Shown piece by piece: positions 55,114 through 64,000 of a DNA stretch of 64,000 bases. Every line of letters begins with the position of its first letter. The stretch's first letter is position 1. The position numbers and the translations under genes were made by a program. Where the stretch lies: assembly GCA_903851195.1 (NCBI GenBank), contig CAINNJ010000027.1:38744-102743 (forward strand). Direction: 5' to 3'. The notes beneath the pieces were generated by a model. The model searched no databases, was not told the DNA's origin, and saw nothing but the letters and a program-made list of their open reading frames with translations. Source of the stretch: an uncultured Acidobacteriia bacterium. Its GTDB lineage: Bacteria; Acidobacteriota; Terriglobia; Bryobacterales; Bryobacteraceae.

Positions 55114-56148
55114 ATGAAAATACATCTGGGCTTGTTTATTGTGGGCGCCGGCGCGCTCCTCGTCCATGCGGCAGACGACAAGGTCGCGGGACTCGCGTCC
55201 GCCAATTCGATTGTTGCTGAAGTAGACGGCCAGGCGATCACCATGGCCGAATTTGAACGCGCGCGTCCCTCGGCTCTGTTCCAGGCAAAGAATGCCTTTT
55301 ACGACGCCGAGAAGAAAGCTGTCGAGGATTATCTCGACGATTACCTGCTGGAGCGTCAGGCCAGAAAAGAAAACGTGACCGTCGAAGAACTGCTGAAGAA
55401 GCACGTCGACAATCTGGTCGGCAAAGATCCCGACGACAGTGCTCTTGCCGTTTATTATGAAGGCCTCGACATCAACGAGCCCCTTTCCGCTGTAAAAGAC
55501 AAGATTCTCGAGCACATTCGTACACGCAGGCTGGCCAAGCTGAAGACCGCCTACATGAAGTCACTGCGGGAACAGGCGAAGATTTCCATCGAGCTGACGG
55601 CGCCCCGGACCCAGATCTCTCTCAAAGACACACCGGTGCGCGGCGCGGGCGCCAAAGTCACTCTCGTCGAATATGCCGATTATGAGTGCCCCTATTGCCA
55701 GCAGGTTCAGCCACAGCTGGAGCGACTCGAATCGGAATACAAAGGGAAGATCGCCTTCGCCTACAAAGACATGCCTCTCCCGATGCACACGCACGCGCAG
55801 AAAGCCGCGGAGGCCGCCTCGTGCGCGGGCACGCAGAACAAGTACTGGGAATATCACGATGCCCTCGTGAAATCCAAAGATCTCGAAGTCTCCCAGCTGA
55901 AGGCAACGGCCTCAAAGATCGGCCTCAATACTTCGGCTTTCAATTCGTGCCTGGATTCCGGCGAGCGTGCCGGAGCCGTTCGCGCGTCGCTTGACGAAGC
56001 GACAAAGCTGGGTCTGAACGGAACTCCCAGCTTCTTTTTGAACGGCCGATTTTTTTCCGGAAACATTGCGTATGAGCAGCTTCGCCAGATGGTGGATGAA
56101 GAGTTGACTCGCGCTTCCTCTCTTTCGCAGGAGAACCCGGGGCGCTAA
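55114..56148 (+). CDS. DsbA-family thiol:disulfide oxidoreductase with N-terminal chaperone-like extension
   Basis: ORF 55042..56148; start at MKIHLGLFIVGAGALLVHA. VTLVEYADYECPYCQQ (CPYC active site) in a thioredoxin fold. Confidence 0.85.
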   Translation: MKIHLGLFIVGAGALLVHAADDKVAGLASANSIVAEVDGQAITMAEFERARPSALFQAKNAFYDAEKKAVEDYLDDYLLERQARKENVTVEELLKKHVDNLVGKDPDDSALAVYYEGLDINEPLSAVKDKILEHIRTRRLAKLKTAYMKSLREQAKISIELTAPRTQISLKDTPVRGAGAKVTLVEYADYECPYCQQVQPQLERLESEYKGKIAFAYKDMPLPMHTHAQKAAEAASCAGTQNKYWEYHDALVKSKDLEVSQLKATASKIGLNTSAFNSCLDSGERAGAVRASLDEATKLGLNGTPSFFLNGRFFSGNIAYEQLRQMVDEELTRASSLSQENPGR

Positions 56149-56192
56149 GCGTTTTTCAGGCCGAAAGACGTGAATCGCCGGAGATAATCATA

Positions 56193-56858
56193 ATGAAAAC
56201 ACTTAAACGACTGCAGGTAACATCGCGGGGGCGTGCGTCCCGCCGCGGCGCGGGATACACCGTTGGCCTGACATTTTTAGCAATCATGGTCGCACAGTCG
56301 TTGCCGGCTGTGACGATTCAATCCCAGGTCTCCGTGGTCACACCCGGAGTCAATCCTGTTTACAACGTCACTTATACTGTGAGCGGATTCGACTTCCGCG
56401 ACAACTCCACCGTCCTTGATGAGCTGGATATCGAATTTCCCGCGAACACGTTCGCGCAGCTCACGAGCGGCGTCGCGCCGGCCTCTTTCGATCTTCTGCT
56501 GTTCCAACCCAATAATCCTCCGGGCGCGGCGGGAGATTACAGCGCGGCGGCGAATACGGATCATGCCAGCCTTGCCGGAACTTTCAGTGTCAACTTCACC
56601 CTGAGTATTCCGGCGGCCTCTTTTAATCCGGCAACACTGATGCAGCTGTACTTTATCAACGAATTCGATAACAACCCGCAAAGCAGCACGTTCGGCAATT
56701 TGCGGGATTCCATTTCCGGCACCACCGTTCCCGTGGTTTCCGTGGGTGCCGCACCCGAACCTTCCAGCTTAGCCCTGATTTTCGCAGCAGGACTATCGGG
56801 CTGCTGGGGACTTCGCCGGCGGGCCAGACGCCGGCCCGTTCGGGCCCACCGCAATTAG
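56193..56858 (+). CDS. PEP-CTERM sorting-domain protein
   Basis: 221 aa; C-terminal ..APEPSSLALIFAAGLSGCWGLRRRARRR. Confidence 0.8.
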   Translation: MKTLKRLQVTSRGRASRRGAGYTVGLTFLAIMVAQSLPAVTIQSQVSVVTPGVNPVYNVTYTVSGFDFRDNSTVLDELDIEFPANTFAQLTSGVAPASFDLLLFQPNNPPGAAGDYSAAANTDHASLAGTFSVNFTLSIPAASFNPATLMQLYFINEFDNNPQSSTFGNLRDSISGTTVPVVSVGAAPEPSSLALIFAAGLSGCWGLRRRARRRPVRAHRN

Positions 56859-56919
56859 CCAATCGTAATACGTCCTGCTGACCTGTACCAGAACTGTGTC
56901 CATGAACAAAGGGGCTTTC

Positions 56920-59900
56920 ATGCGTTTCCCGTCAAGACTGAAGTTATTGATTCCCTTAACCCTGCTGGCAGCCCCAGCGGGTTTCAGCCAGATCAACCCG
57001 GCGAATCTCACCATCACCGGGTACCAGATGATCAGCGAGCAGCGCGTCACGCGTACGCAGTCGTATTTCTCGTATCGCGCGGATGTAGTGAATGCAGGAC
57101 CCTCGTTGCCGGCCATTACAGCCACGGTGACCAGCCTCACCCCGAGCGCGGTCGTCGTCCCCGGCCAGGGCAATCTGCATTTTCCCGCTGTCCCTTCTAA
57201 AACCGAGATCAGCAGCATCAATACTTTTACGCTGCTGATCGACAAAAGCGTTTCGTTTAACCTGAGCAGTCTGAAATGGTCCTTCAATGCGCCCGTCGCG
57301 GACGCCGGACCGGCCCAGACAGTCACACTTGGTTCTACCGTGCATCTCACGTCGGCTGCGTCCTCAAATCCAAGCGGATTGGGGACGCTGACCTATGCCT
57401 GGGGCTTCCAGACCGTTCCCGCAGGCAGCACCGCAACCATACAGAATCCCACCAGCGTCACACCGACCTTCGTCGCCGACGTGGCTGGCGACTATATCGT
57501 GAGTGTCAGCGTGAGTAACGGTGTTGGCACCGATTCGTCCTTCGTCAAGATCACCACGACGAACTCCGGTCCGGTGGCGGATGCCGGCCCGAATCAATCG
57601 GTTGTCGCCGGCACCACCGTTCATCTCGATGGCAGCCGTTCCAGCGACGCGGACGGCGATCCCATCACCTATTCCTGGAGTCTCGTCCAGGTACCCCCGG
57701 GCAGCCAGGCCGTCCTCTCGGGCGCGAATCTTGTTAATCCTACCTTTGTAGCCGATTTTACCGGCATTTACATCGCGCGACTCGTGATTTCCGACGGAAC
57801 GAACATCAGCGCTCCTTCGTTCGTTACCATCACGACCGGACCCGGCCACACGCGTCCCGTTGCCATCGCAACCACGGCAACGGCCAGCGTCTCACTCAAC
57901 GCCACCGTTCAGCTCGATGGTTCCAAATCGACCGATATCGACGGGAACCCGCTTACCTATAAGTGGAGTCTCATCACCATTCCCGCCGGAAGTCATGCCG
58001 CCCTCAGCAGTCTGACTCTGGTGAATCCGACCTTTATCGCCGACACCGCGGGCACCTATGTAGCGCAGTTGATTGTGAACGACGGGTTTAATGACAGCCT
58101 GCCCGCCACGGTCACCGTCTCCACCACCGGCGTGCAGCCACCCGTCGCGAATCCGGGCCCGAACCAGTCCGTCGTTCACGGGGCCACCGTTACCCTCAAC
58201 GGTTCCGGCACGGACCCCCAGGGCCTGCCGCTCACCTTCAAATGGGCGCTCATCGGTGTTCCTCCGGGCAGCACGGCGCAGCTCTCGAACATCAATGTCC
58301 CCAATCCGACGTTCGTCGCGGATCTCCCCGGCACTTACGTCGCCCAGTTGACCGTCAACAACGGCGTTCTCAACAGCCCCACCGCGAACGTGACCATCAC
58401 CACCACGAATGCCGCGCCTGTCGCGGTGATCTCGGTTCCCAGCACTACCGTACCCGTGGGCGCCACCGTGGCTCTCAGCGGCCTCAACTCCACCGACGCG
58501 GAGCACGATCCGCTTACTTATAAGTGGACTTTGCTGAACGTGCCCGCGGGCAGTTCCGCGGTTCTGGTCGGCGCGACAACTTCGTCTCCCACCTTCATCG
58601 CCGATGTCGCGGGTCCCTATGTGGTTCAGTTGATTGTCAACGACGGCTTTGTCGACAGCCAGCCGGTCACCGTGACCATCACCGCGAGCACCGGGGCCAC
58701 CATCACGCTGTCGCCGGATCCTCTGAATCTGACGAACGCCCCGGGAACCCTGACCGTTACTCTCGGCAATCCGGCCAAGCCGGGCGGTCAGGTGATTAAC
58801 CTGGCTATCCTCGACACCACCGTCGCAACCACGCCCTCGAGCGTCACGGTCGCCGAAGGCCAGACGACCGCCACGGTGAGCATCACCCCGGTGGCCCTCG
58901 GGAGCACCATCATTCTCGCCAGCGCGACCGGACTCAGCAACGGCTCGGCTCACATTAATGTGGGTGCGTCGTCTCTGACTCTCTCGCTCAGCGCCAGCAC
59001 GGTCGGAATCTCGAAGTCCGTGACGGCTACGGTCACGCTCAGTTCCCCGGCGCCCACGAATCTGACCGGCTCCATCACGGTTAATAACACCAATATCGTG
59101 AACGTGCCGTCGACCTTTACCATCGCCGCCGGAAGCACCACCGCGACCTTTACGGTGACCGGGCAGGCGACGGGCACAACGAACATCACGGCAGTCGTTC
59201 CCGGCTATGGCCCGGGCGATACCCGCACTATAACCGTAACGTCCCTCGGCGCGATTTCCCTGCAGAGTGGCGCTGTCATCGGTGTTGGCCAGACGGTCAA
59301 CTTCGGCGTCACGCTGATTACGCCCGCTCCCGTGGGTGGCGTCACCGTGAATCTGGTCAGCAGCGATCCTCGTCTCACGGTCACTCCGTCCGTCTTCATT
59401 AAGGAAGGCGCAACGGCTCCGGATGTTTCGGCCCAGATTACGGGAGTGAATATCGGAACCGCGAACATCACGGCTTCAGCCACTGGTTTCGCGGGTGACA
59501 CGAAGAGTGTGCAGGTAGCCGCGAACCTCTCCTTCCAGCCTGGTAACATCACGCTGGCGGTGGGCGCTTCGCAGACCCTGACACTCACGCTTTCGGGCCC
59601 CGCGCCCGTCGGCGGTATCACGGTCACTCTGCAGTCCAACAACAACGCCGTCGCCGCGGTCCCCTCGAGCGTCAATATTGCGCAGGGCGCCACCACGGCC
59701 GCCGTTCCCGTAACGGCCGGTTCCACCACGGGATCCGCCATCATCACGGCCAGTTCCAGTGTTGCCGGTATCGTCAGCGGCACGGCGAACGTCACGGTCG
59801 TAAGCGGCCTCGCCATCAGCGCGCCGCTGCCCCCCGGTGTCGTCGGCGCACCTTATAACGCCACTGTGACGGCGACCGGCGGCACGCCCCCGTACACCTT

Positions 59901-62900
59901 CACGGCGACCAATCTTCCGGCCGGCCTGTCCATCAGCGCCGCGGGAGTCATTACCGGTACCCCGACGGCCGCTGGAAGCAGCACGCCGACCATCACCGTT
60001 ACCGACACAACGCCCGGCACGCACCTGACCGCGACGGCCACTCCGACCATCGTGATCAGCCCCGCGCTGGCCATCAATCCGATTACTCTGCCCACCGGTG
60101 TCGTCGGCAGCGCCTACAGCGCAACCGTGACCGCGACGGGCGGGAACGCTCCTTACACGTTCACGGCGACGGGTCTGCCCGCCGGCCTCAGCATCACCAG
60201 CGGCGGTCAGATCACCGGCACCCCGACGGCAGCCGGCCCGGCCACCATCGTGGTCACGGCGACCGATTCCACCTCTCCAACCAAACTGACAGCGACGGCG
60301 AGTTTGCCGATCACGATCAGCGGCGCGGTCGCGATCACCACGACCTCGCTCCCGAACGGGACGGTTGGAACCGGTTATAACTTTACCGTTGCCGCGACCG
60401 GCGGCACCGCGCCCTATACGTTCACGGCATCCGGCCTGCCTGCCGGGCTCTCCATCAGCCCCGCCGGAGTCATCAGTGGTACGCCGACGGCCAACGGAAC
60501 GGCTTCCGTGACTCTCACGGTCACCGATTCCACCAACCCGACGCACGCCACCAGTTCCGTGACGCTGCCTCTCACCATCAGCAATCAGCTGGCGGTCTCC
60601 ACCACCTCGCTGCCCTCGGGCGTGGTTGGCGCGGCTTATAACTTCACCGTGACGGCGACAGGCGGAGTTGCGCCCTACACCTTCACGGCTGCGGGTCTGC
60701 CCGCCGGTCTGTCCATCAGCGCAGGCGGCGTGATCTCGGGAACGCCCACTACGGCGGGTGCCCCCAGCGTCGCTATCACCGTGACGGATTCCACGAATCC
60801 GACTCACCTGAGCGCCACGGTCAACCTGACTCTGACCATCGGTCCGGGTCTGGCGATCACTCCGCTCACGGCGCCGAACGGTACCGTGAACGTCGCTTAT
60901 CCCGCAACCCAGGTGAGCGCCACTGGTGGCACCGCCCCGTATACCTTTACGGCCACGGGTCTGCCCGCCGGACTTTCCATCAGCGCCGGCGGTTCCATTA
61001 CCGGAACGCCGACCGCGGCGGGCTCCTTCACGGCAGTCATCACCGCGACCGATTCCACCAATCCGACGCACCTGACCGCCACGCTGAATCTGCCGATCAC
61101 CATCGCACCGCCGCAGCTCGCCATCACCACCACGTCGCTGCCCGGCGGGACCGTTGGCGCGGCCTACAACGCCACGGTCGCGGCCACTGGCGGCACCACC
61201 CCGTACACCTTCACGGCCACGGGTCTGCCTGCCGGACTCTCCATCAGCGCGGCCGGTGTGATCTCCGGAACCCCGACCGCTCCCGGTACTGTCACGGCGG
61301 CGATCACGGTCACCGACTCCACCAACCCAACTCACATGACCGCTACGGCGAATCTGTCCATCGCCATCGCGCCGCAGAACCCGTCGATCACCACAACCTC
61401 GCTGCCAAACGGCACCGTGGGTTCGCCCTATAACGCCACCATCACGGGTACGGGCGGCACCACCCCGTATACCTTCACGGCCACGGGTCTGCCCGCCGGA
61501 TTGTCCATCAGCGCCGGCGGCGTGATCAGCGGAACTCCCACGGTGGCCGGACCGTTCAGCATCGTCGTTACGCTGACCGACTCCACCAATCCGACGCACC
61601 TGACCGCAACCGCGAACCTGTCCGCCACCATCGCCCCGCAGACGCTGGCCATCACGACCAGTTCGCTGCCCTCGGGTACGGTAGGCGCAGGCTACTCCGC
61701 ACAGGTACAGGCGACGGGCGGAACACTCCCGTATACCTTCACCGCTTCGGGTCTGCCCGGCGGTCTGTCGATCACCACTGGCGGCCAGATCACCGGAACC
61801 CCGACGCTAGCCGGCAGCTACCCGGTTGCCATCACCGTCACCGATTCCACCAACCCGACGCACCTGACCGCGACCGCCAATCTGACGATCGTCATCAGCG
61901 GCGTGAGCGGCGGCCCCGGACTCACGATCTCCGGCGCCACCGTCGGTCAGAACCTGCAGGCGCCTTTGATTATCAATCTGTCGCAGGTGCCTTCCACCAG
62001 CGTGAACGTGACCATCTCCAGTGACAACCCGAACGTGGTTCTGGCGGGACGCGCCGTGGATGCGGGCACCACCAACCTGGTCATCGCTGTTCAGGCCGGC
62101 GTGGCACAGTTCAACGTGTACGCTCAGGGTCTGGCGAGTTCCGGCACCGCCAACATCACGGCGAGTGGCGCGGGCTACAACAGCGGCACCTCGCAGGTGA
62201 CCCTGGCTCCGTCCGGCTTCGTGCTGGCCGGACCGAACGGGGTGGGCGGCAGCTTTACCTCGAATCAGGGCGCTATCACCCCGCTGACCGTGTCGGCCGT
62301 GCAACTGGACGGCTCCGGCAACGTCGGCTCGGTGGAACAGGTTCGCGGCGGCTTCAGCGCCTCCGTTAACCTCTCCGTCGCGAACAGCGCCGTCGGAACG
62401 GTTTCCCCCGCCACCGCCAATTTCACCGGCGGCGTGGATACCGCTTCGGCGCAGTTCACTGCCGGCAACACGGCCACCAGCAGCACCATCACGGCGGTCC
62501 CGCCCGCAGGCTTCAGTACGCCTGCAGGCAACGCCAATGTTGTGGCCGTGACCGTTCAGCCGGTTTCGGTCATCGCCGGCAACGCGTCGGTCGGACAGGA
62601 CCTCGAAACCACCACGCAGGTCACGATTCAGGGAACCGCTCCGGCTGACACGGTCGTCACGCTCACCAGCGCCGACCCCAGCCGCCTGCTGCTGTCCAAC
62701 ACCCCGACGGCAACCGGTTCGGCCAGCATTACCGTGACCCTCCGTTCGGGCTTCAGCTCCACCCCGCCGTTTTACGTCTACGGCGTGGGCAACAGCGGAA
62801 CCGTCCAGTACACGGCTTCTGTTCCGGGCTTCGGCACCGGCAACGGCACCATAACGCTGGGCAGGTCCGCCGTTCTCCTCTCCGGCCCCGCCGGGACCGG

Positions 62901-63852
62901 CAACGACTTCACCACCACCACGGGTAGCTCCGACTCCTTCCTGAACGTCTCCACGGCGCTCATCGACGGTCCCGGCGCTCCCATCGCGCAAAACGTAGCC
63001 GGCGGCTTCAGCGTCTCGGTTGCGGTTACCAGTTCCAATACGGCGGTCGGCACCATCACGGTCTCCCCGCTGACCATCGGGGCCGGTAACAACTCGAACA
63101 CGACGCAGTTCCACGCGATCAGCAGCGGCACCACAACGCTGTCGGCCGCGGGCTCCGCTCCCTTCGTGATTCCGTCCACGGGCGGTTCGCTGGTGGCCAC
63201 CGTCAGCACGCCGAAGATCCTGGTCTCCGCGGACAGCGTCGGCAAGGGTCTCGAACAGCAGGGCAGTGTCTTCCTTGCTGCGGCAGCCCCCGCCGGCGGC
63301 GTCAATGTGACGCTTACCGTGACTTCCGGCGCGGCCTCGCTCTCGGCGACGGGAACTGACGCCGGTTCGGCCTCGATCACCATCAACATTCCGGCGGGCA
63401 ACTTCGTCGGATCGTACTTCGTGTACGGCAACGATGTCGCCGGCACCGCGACCATTCAGGCCACGGCGCCCGGCTACGCCTCCGGAACCACCACGGTGTC
63501 GCTGGTTCCGTCGGGTGTTGTCATCGGCGGTACCTTCGGCCTCGGCTCGGGCGTGTCCACTACCGTGGGCGGCGCGGACCAGACGCTGAGCATCTCGACC
63601 GCGAAACTGGATCCGGCCGAGGGCATTGTGATTCAGGCGCTCAAAGGCGGCTCGTCTCTGACCGTCAACCTGACGAACTCCACGCCCTCCGTCGGCAGCG
63701 TGCCCGGCAGCGTAACCATCGCGGCCGGCACGGATACAAAGACAGCGAACTTCCATCCGCTGGCCTCGGGTACCACGTTCATCGGTGTGGTGCAGCCCGC
63801 CGGCTTCTCGACGCCGGCCCAGTACACGCAGCTGCAGGCGAACGTGCAATAA
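56920..63852 (+). CDS. giant secreted multi-repeat Ig-like/PKD-like adhesin-type protein (~2,310 aa)
   Basis: ORF 56896..63852. ATG 56920 (MRFPSRLKLLIPLTLLAAPAGFSQ) follows AAGGGG. Four blocks of internal repeats (see repeat features). No C-terminal sorting signal recognised. Confidence 0.9.
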   Translation: MRFPSRLKLLIPLTLLAAPAGFSQINPANLTITGYQMISEQRVTRTQSYFSYRADVVNAGPSLPAITATVTSLTPSAVVVPGQGNLHFPAVPSKTEISSINTFTLLIDKSVSFNLSSLKWSFNAPVADAGPAQTVTLGSTVHLTSAASSNPSGLGTLTYAWGFQTVPAGSTATIQNPTSVTPTFVADVAGDYIVSVSVSNGVGTDSSFVKITTTNSGPVADAGPNQSVVAGTTVHLDGSRSSDADGDPITYSWSLVQVPPGSQAVLSGANLVNPTFVADFTGIYIARLVISDGTNISAPSFVTITTGPGHTRPVAIATTATASVSLNATVQLDGSKSTDIDGNPLTYKWSLITIPAGSHAALSSLTLVNPTFIADTAGTYVAQLIVNDGFNDSLPATVTVSTTGVQPPVANPGPNQSVVHGATVTLNGSGTDPQGLPLTFKWALIGVPPGSTAQLSNINVPNPTFVADLPGTYVAQLTVNNGVLNSPTANVTITTTNAAPVAVISVPSTTVPVGATVALSGLNSTDAEHDPLTYKWTLLNVPAGSSAVLVGATTSSPTFIADVAGPYVVQLIVNDGFVDSQPVTVTITASTGATITLSPDPLNLTNAPGTLTVTLGNPAKPGGQVINLAILDTTVATTPSSVTVAEGQTTATVSITPVALGSTIILASATGLSNGSAHINVGASSLTLSLSASTVGISKSVTATVTLSSPAPTNLTGSITVNNTNIVNVPSTFTIAAGSTTATFTVTGQATGTTNITAVVPGYGPGDTRTITVTSLGAISLQSGAVIGVGQTVNFGVTLITPAPVGGVTVNLVSSDPRLTVTPSVFIKEGATAPDVSAQITGVNIGTANITASATGFAGDTKSVQVAANLSFQPGNITLAVGASQTLTLTLSGPAPVGGITVTLQSNNNAVAAVPSSVNIAQGATTAAVPVTAGSTTGSAIITASSSVAGIVSGTANVTVVSGLAISAPLPPGVVGAPYNATVTATGGTPPYTFTATNLPAGLSISAAGVITGTPTAAGSSTPTITVTDTTPGTHLTATATPTIVISPALAINPITLPTGVVGSAYSATVTATGGNAPYTFTATGLPAGLSITSGGQITGTPTAAGPATIVVTATDSTSPTKLTATASLPITISGAVAITTTSLPNGTVGTGYNFTVAATGGTAPYTFTASGLPAGLSISPAGVISGTPTANGTASVTLTVTDSTNPTHATSSVTLPLTISNQLAVSTTSLPSGVVGAAYNFTVTATGGVAPYTFTAAGLPAGLSISAGGVISGTPTTAGAPSVAITVTDSTNPTHLSATVNLTLTIGPGLAITPLTAPNGTVNVAYPATQVSATGGTAPYTFTATGLPAGLSISAGGSITGTPTAAGSFTAVITATDSTNPTHLTATLNLPITIAPPQLAITTTSLPGGTVGAAYNATVAATGGTTPYTFTATGLPAGLSISAAGVISGTPTAPGTVTAAITVTDSTNPTHMTATANLSIAIAPQNPSITTTSLPNGTVGSPYNATITGTGGTTPYTFTATGLPAGLSISAGGVISGTPTVAGPFSIVVTLTDSTNPTHLTATANLSATIAPQTLAITTSSLPSGTVGAGYSAQVQATGGTLPYTFTASGLPGGLSITTGGQITGTPTLAGSYPVAITVTDSTNPTHLTATANLTIVISGVSGGPGLTISGATVGQNLQAPLIINLSQVPSTSVNVTISSDNPNVVLAGRAVDAGTTNLVIAVQAGVAQFNVYAQGLASSGTANITASGAGYNSGTSQVTLAPSGFVLAGPNGVGGSFTSNQGAITPLTVSAVQLDGSGNVGSVEQVRGGFSASVNLSVANSAVGTVSPATANFTGGVDTASAQFTAGNTATSSTITAVPPAGFSTPAGNANVVAVTVQPVSVIAGNASVGQDLETTTQVTIQGTAPADTVVTLTSADPSRLLLSNTPTATGSASITVTLRSGFSSTPPFYVYGVGNSGTVQYTASVPGFGTGNGTITLGRSAVLLSGPAGTGNDFTTTTGSSDSFLNVSTALIDGPGAPIAQNVAGGFSVSVAVTSSNTAVGTITVSPLTIGAGNNSNTTQFHAISSGTTTLSAAGSAPFVIPSTGGSLVATVSTPKILVSADSVGKGLEQQGSVFLAAAAPAGGVNVTLTVTSGAASLSATGTDAGSASITINIPAGNFVGSYFVYGNDVAGTATIQATAPGYASGTTTVSLVPSGVVIGGTFGLGSGVSTTVGGADQTLSISTAKLDPAEGIVIQALKGGSSLTVNLTNSTPSVGSVPGSVTIAAGTDTKTANFHPLASGTTFIGVVQPAGFSTPAQYTQLQANVQ
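57292..58695 (+). repeat. 5 tandem ~93-aa PKD/REJ-like repeats (coding)
   Basis: Each unit reads PVA(D/N)AGPNQSV..G.TV.L.GS.S.D..G.PLTYKW.L..VP.GS.A.L......NPTF.AD..G.Y...L.V.DG. Confidence 0.75.
58696..59808 (+). repeat. 4 tandem ~92-aa bacterial Ig-like repeats (coding)
   Basis: Recurrent ..TVTL..PAP.GG..V.L.S.....V.PSSV.I..G.T.A.V.VT.....TA.ITAS..G......V.V pattern. Confidence 0.55.
59809..61902 (+). repeat. 8 tandem ~87-88-aa (~262-nt) putative-Ig (He_PIG/dystroglycan-cadherin-like) repeats
   Basis: Unit is LP.G.VG..Y.ATV.ATGGT.PYTFTATGLPAGLSIS..G.I.GTPT.AG......TVTDSTNPTH.TAT. The PAGLSI codons recur at about 59917, 60180, 60439, 60701, 60964, 61229, 61491 and 61756. Confidence 0.85.
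61903..63849 (+). repeat. 3 tandem ~215-aa C-terminal repeats (coding)
   Basis: Three units each contain ..G..L......I......P....V.VT..S......L........G........I..G......FYVYG......G.A.I.A...GY.SG...V.L.PSG.V..GP... Confidence 0.55.
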
Positions 63853-63860
63853 CCGGTGCG

Positions 63861-63892
63861 CGGGAGGACGGGTACTGGTATCCGTCCTCCCG
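63861..63892 (+). terminator. hairpin directly after the giant gene
   Basis: CGGGAGGACGG-10 nt-CCGTCCTCCCG, an 11-bp perfect stem 9 nt after the stop, with no U-tract. Confidence 0.5.
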
Positions 63893-63945
63893 CAATCTTC
63901 ATCCCTTTTGGCTTTTACTGAATAACATGAGATCTCTTCGACTGC

Positions 63946-63976
63946 CCGGCTCGGTTACCCGAGCCGGTTTCTTTTT
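63946..63976 (+). terminator. canonical rho-independent terminator
   Basis: CCGGCTCGG-TTAC-CCGAGCCGG followed by TTTCTTTTT. Confidence 0.85.
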
Positions 63977-64000
63977 GACCGGTTTGCTGAGTTACACGCT

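Noticed and set aside
63927-64000. ATG-initiated open frame (MRSLRLPGSVTRAGFFLTGLLSYT..) running to the window edge.
   Set aside because: The frame is made up of the stem and U-tract of the canonical terminator at 63946..63976, and it has no RBS. Most likely non-coding.

Overview
GC-rich bacterial chromosomal segment. The PEP-CTERM proteins and general gene content suggest an Acidobacteriota-like organism, but that is inference only. It has three parts. (1) 1-3.1 kb: the 3' end of a caa3-type cytochrome c oxidase operon (ctaC' ctaD ctaE ctaF). (2) 3.2-37.9 kb: a nearly complete flagellar regulon of about 45 genes in five or six transcription blocks. It covers the rod, rings, hook, export gate, C-ring, ATPase, filament, cap and chaperones. 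Its regulators are FliA, a second FliA-like sigma factor next to FlgM, a sigma-54 activator, FliW-CsrA, CheY and CheX. The block ends at tRNA-Arg(TCT). (3) 38-64 kb: housekeeping and accessory genes. These are two M16 peptidases, a FecR-like protein, tRNA-Ser(GGA), two SDRs, a yellow/MRJP-like protein and a RecQ-family helicase, followed by a regulator-rich surface-protein island. The island holds 2 LuxR-type, 2 Crp/Fnr-type and 1 RHH regulator, an 829-aa ORF with an internal PEP-CTERM signal, a Cys-rich secreted protein with a DsbA-like partner, a small PEP-CTERM protein and a ~2,310-aa multi-repeat adhesin-like protein. No rRNA, CRISPR array, transposase or integrase was seen. Most noteworthy observations: a ~46-nt promoter/leader element (TTGACA-N17-TACAGT plus fixed flanks) duplicated in front of two island transcription units; the in-frame internal PEP-CTERM sorting signal; a sigma-3-less FliA paralog beside flgM; a consensus sigma-28 promoter with CsrA-type GGA sites in the fliC leader; and GCCGATA-type -10 boxes in five flagellar intergenic regions. 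I see no clear-cut new multi-gene system. Start codons and all regulatory calls come from reading the sequence and are untested.
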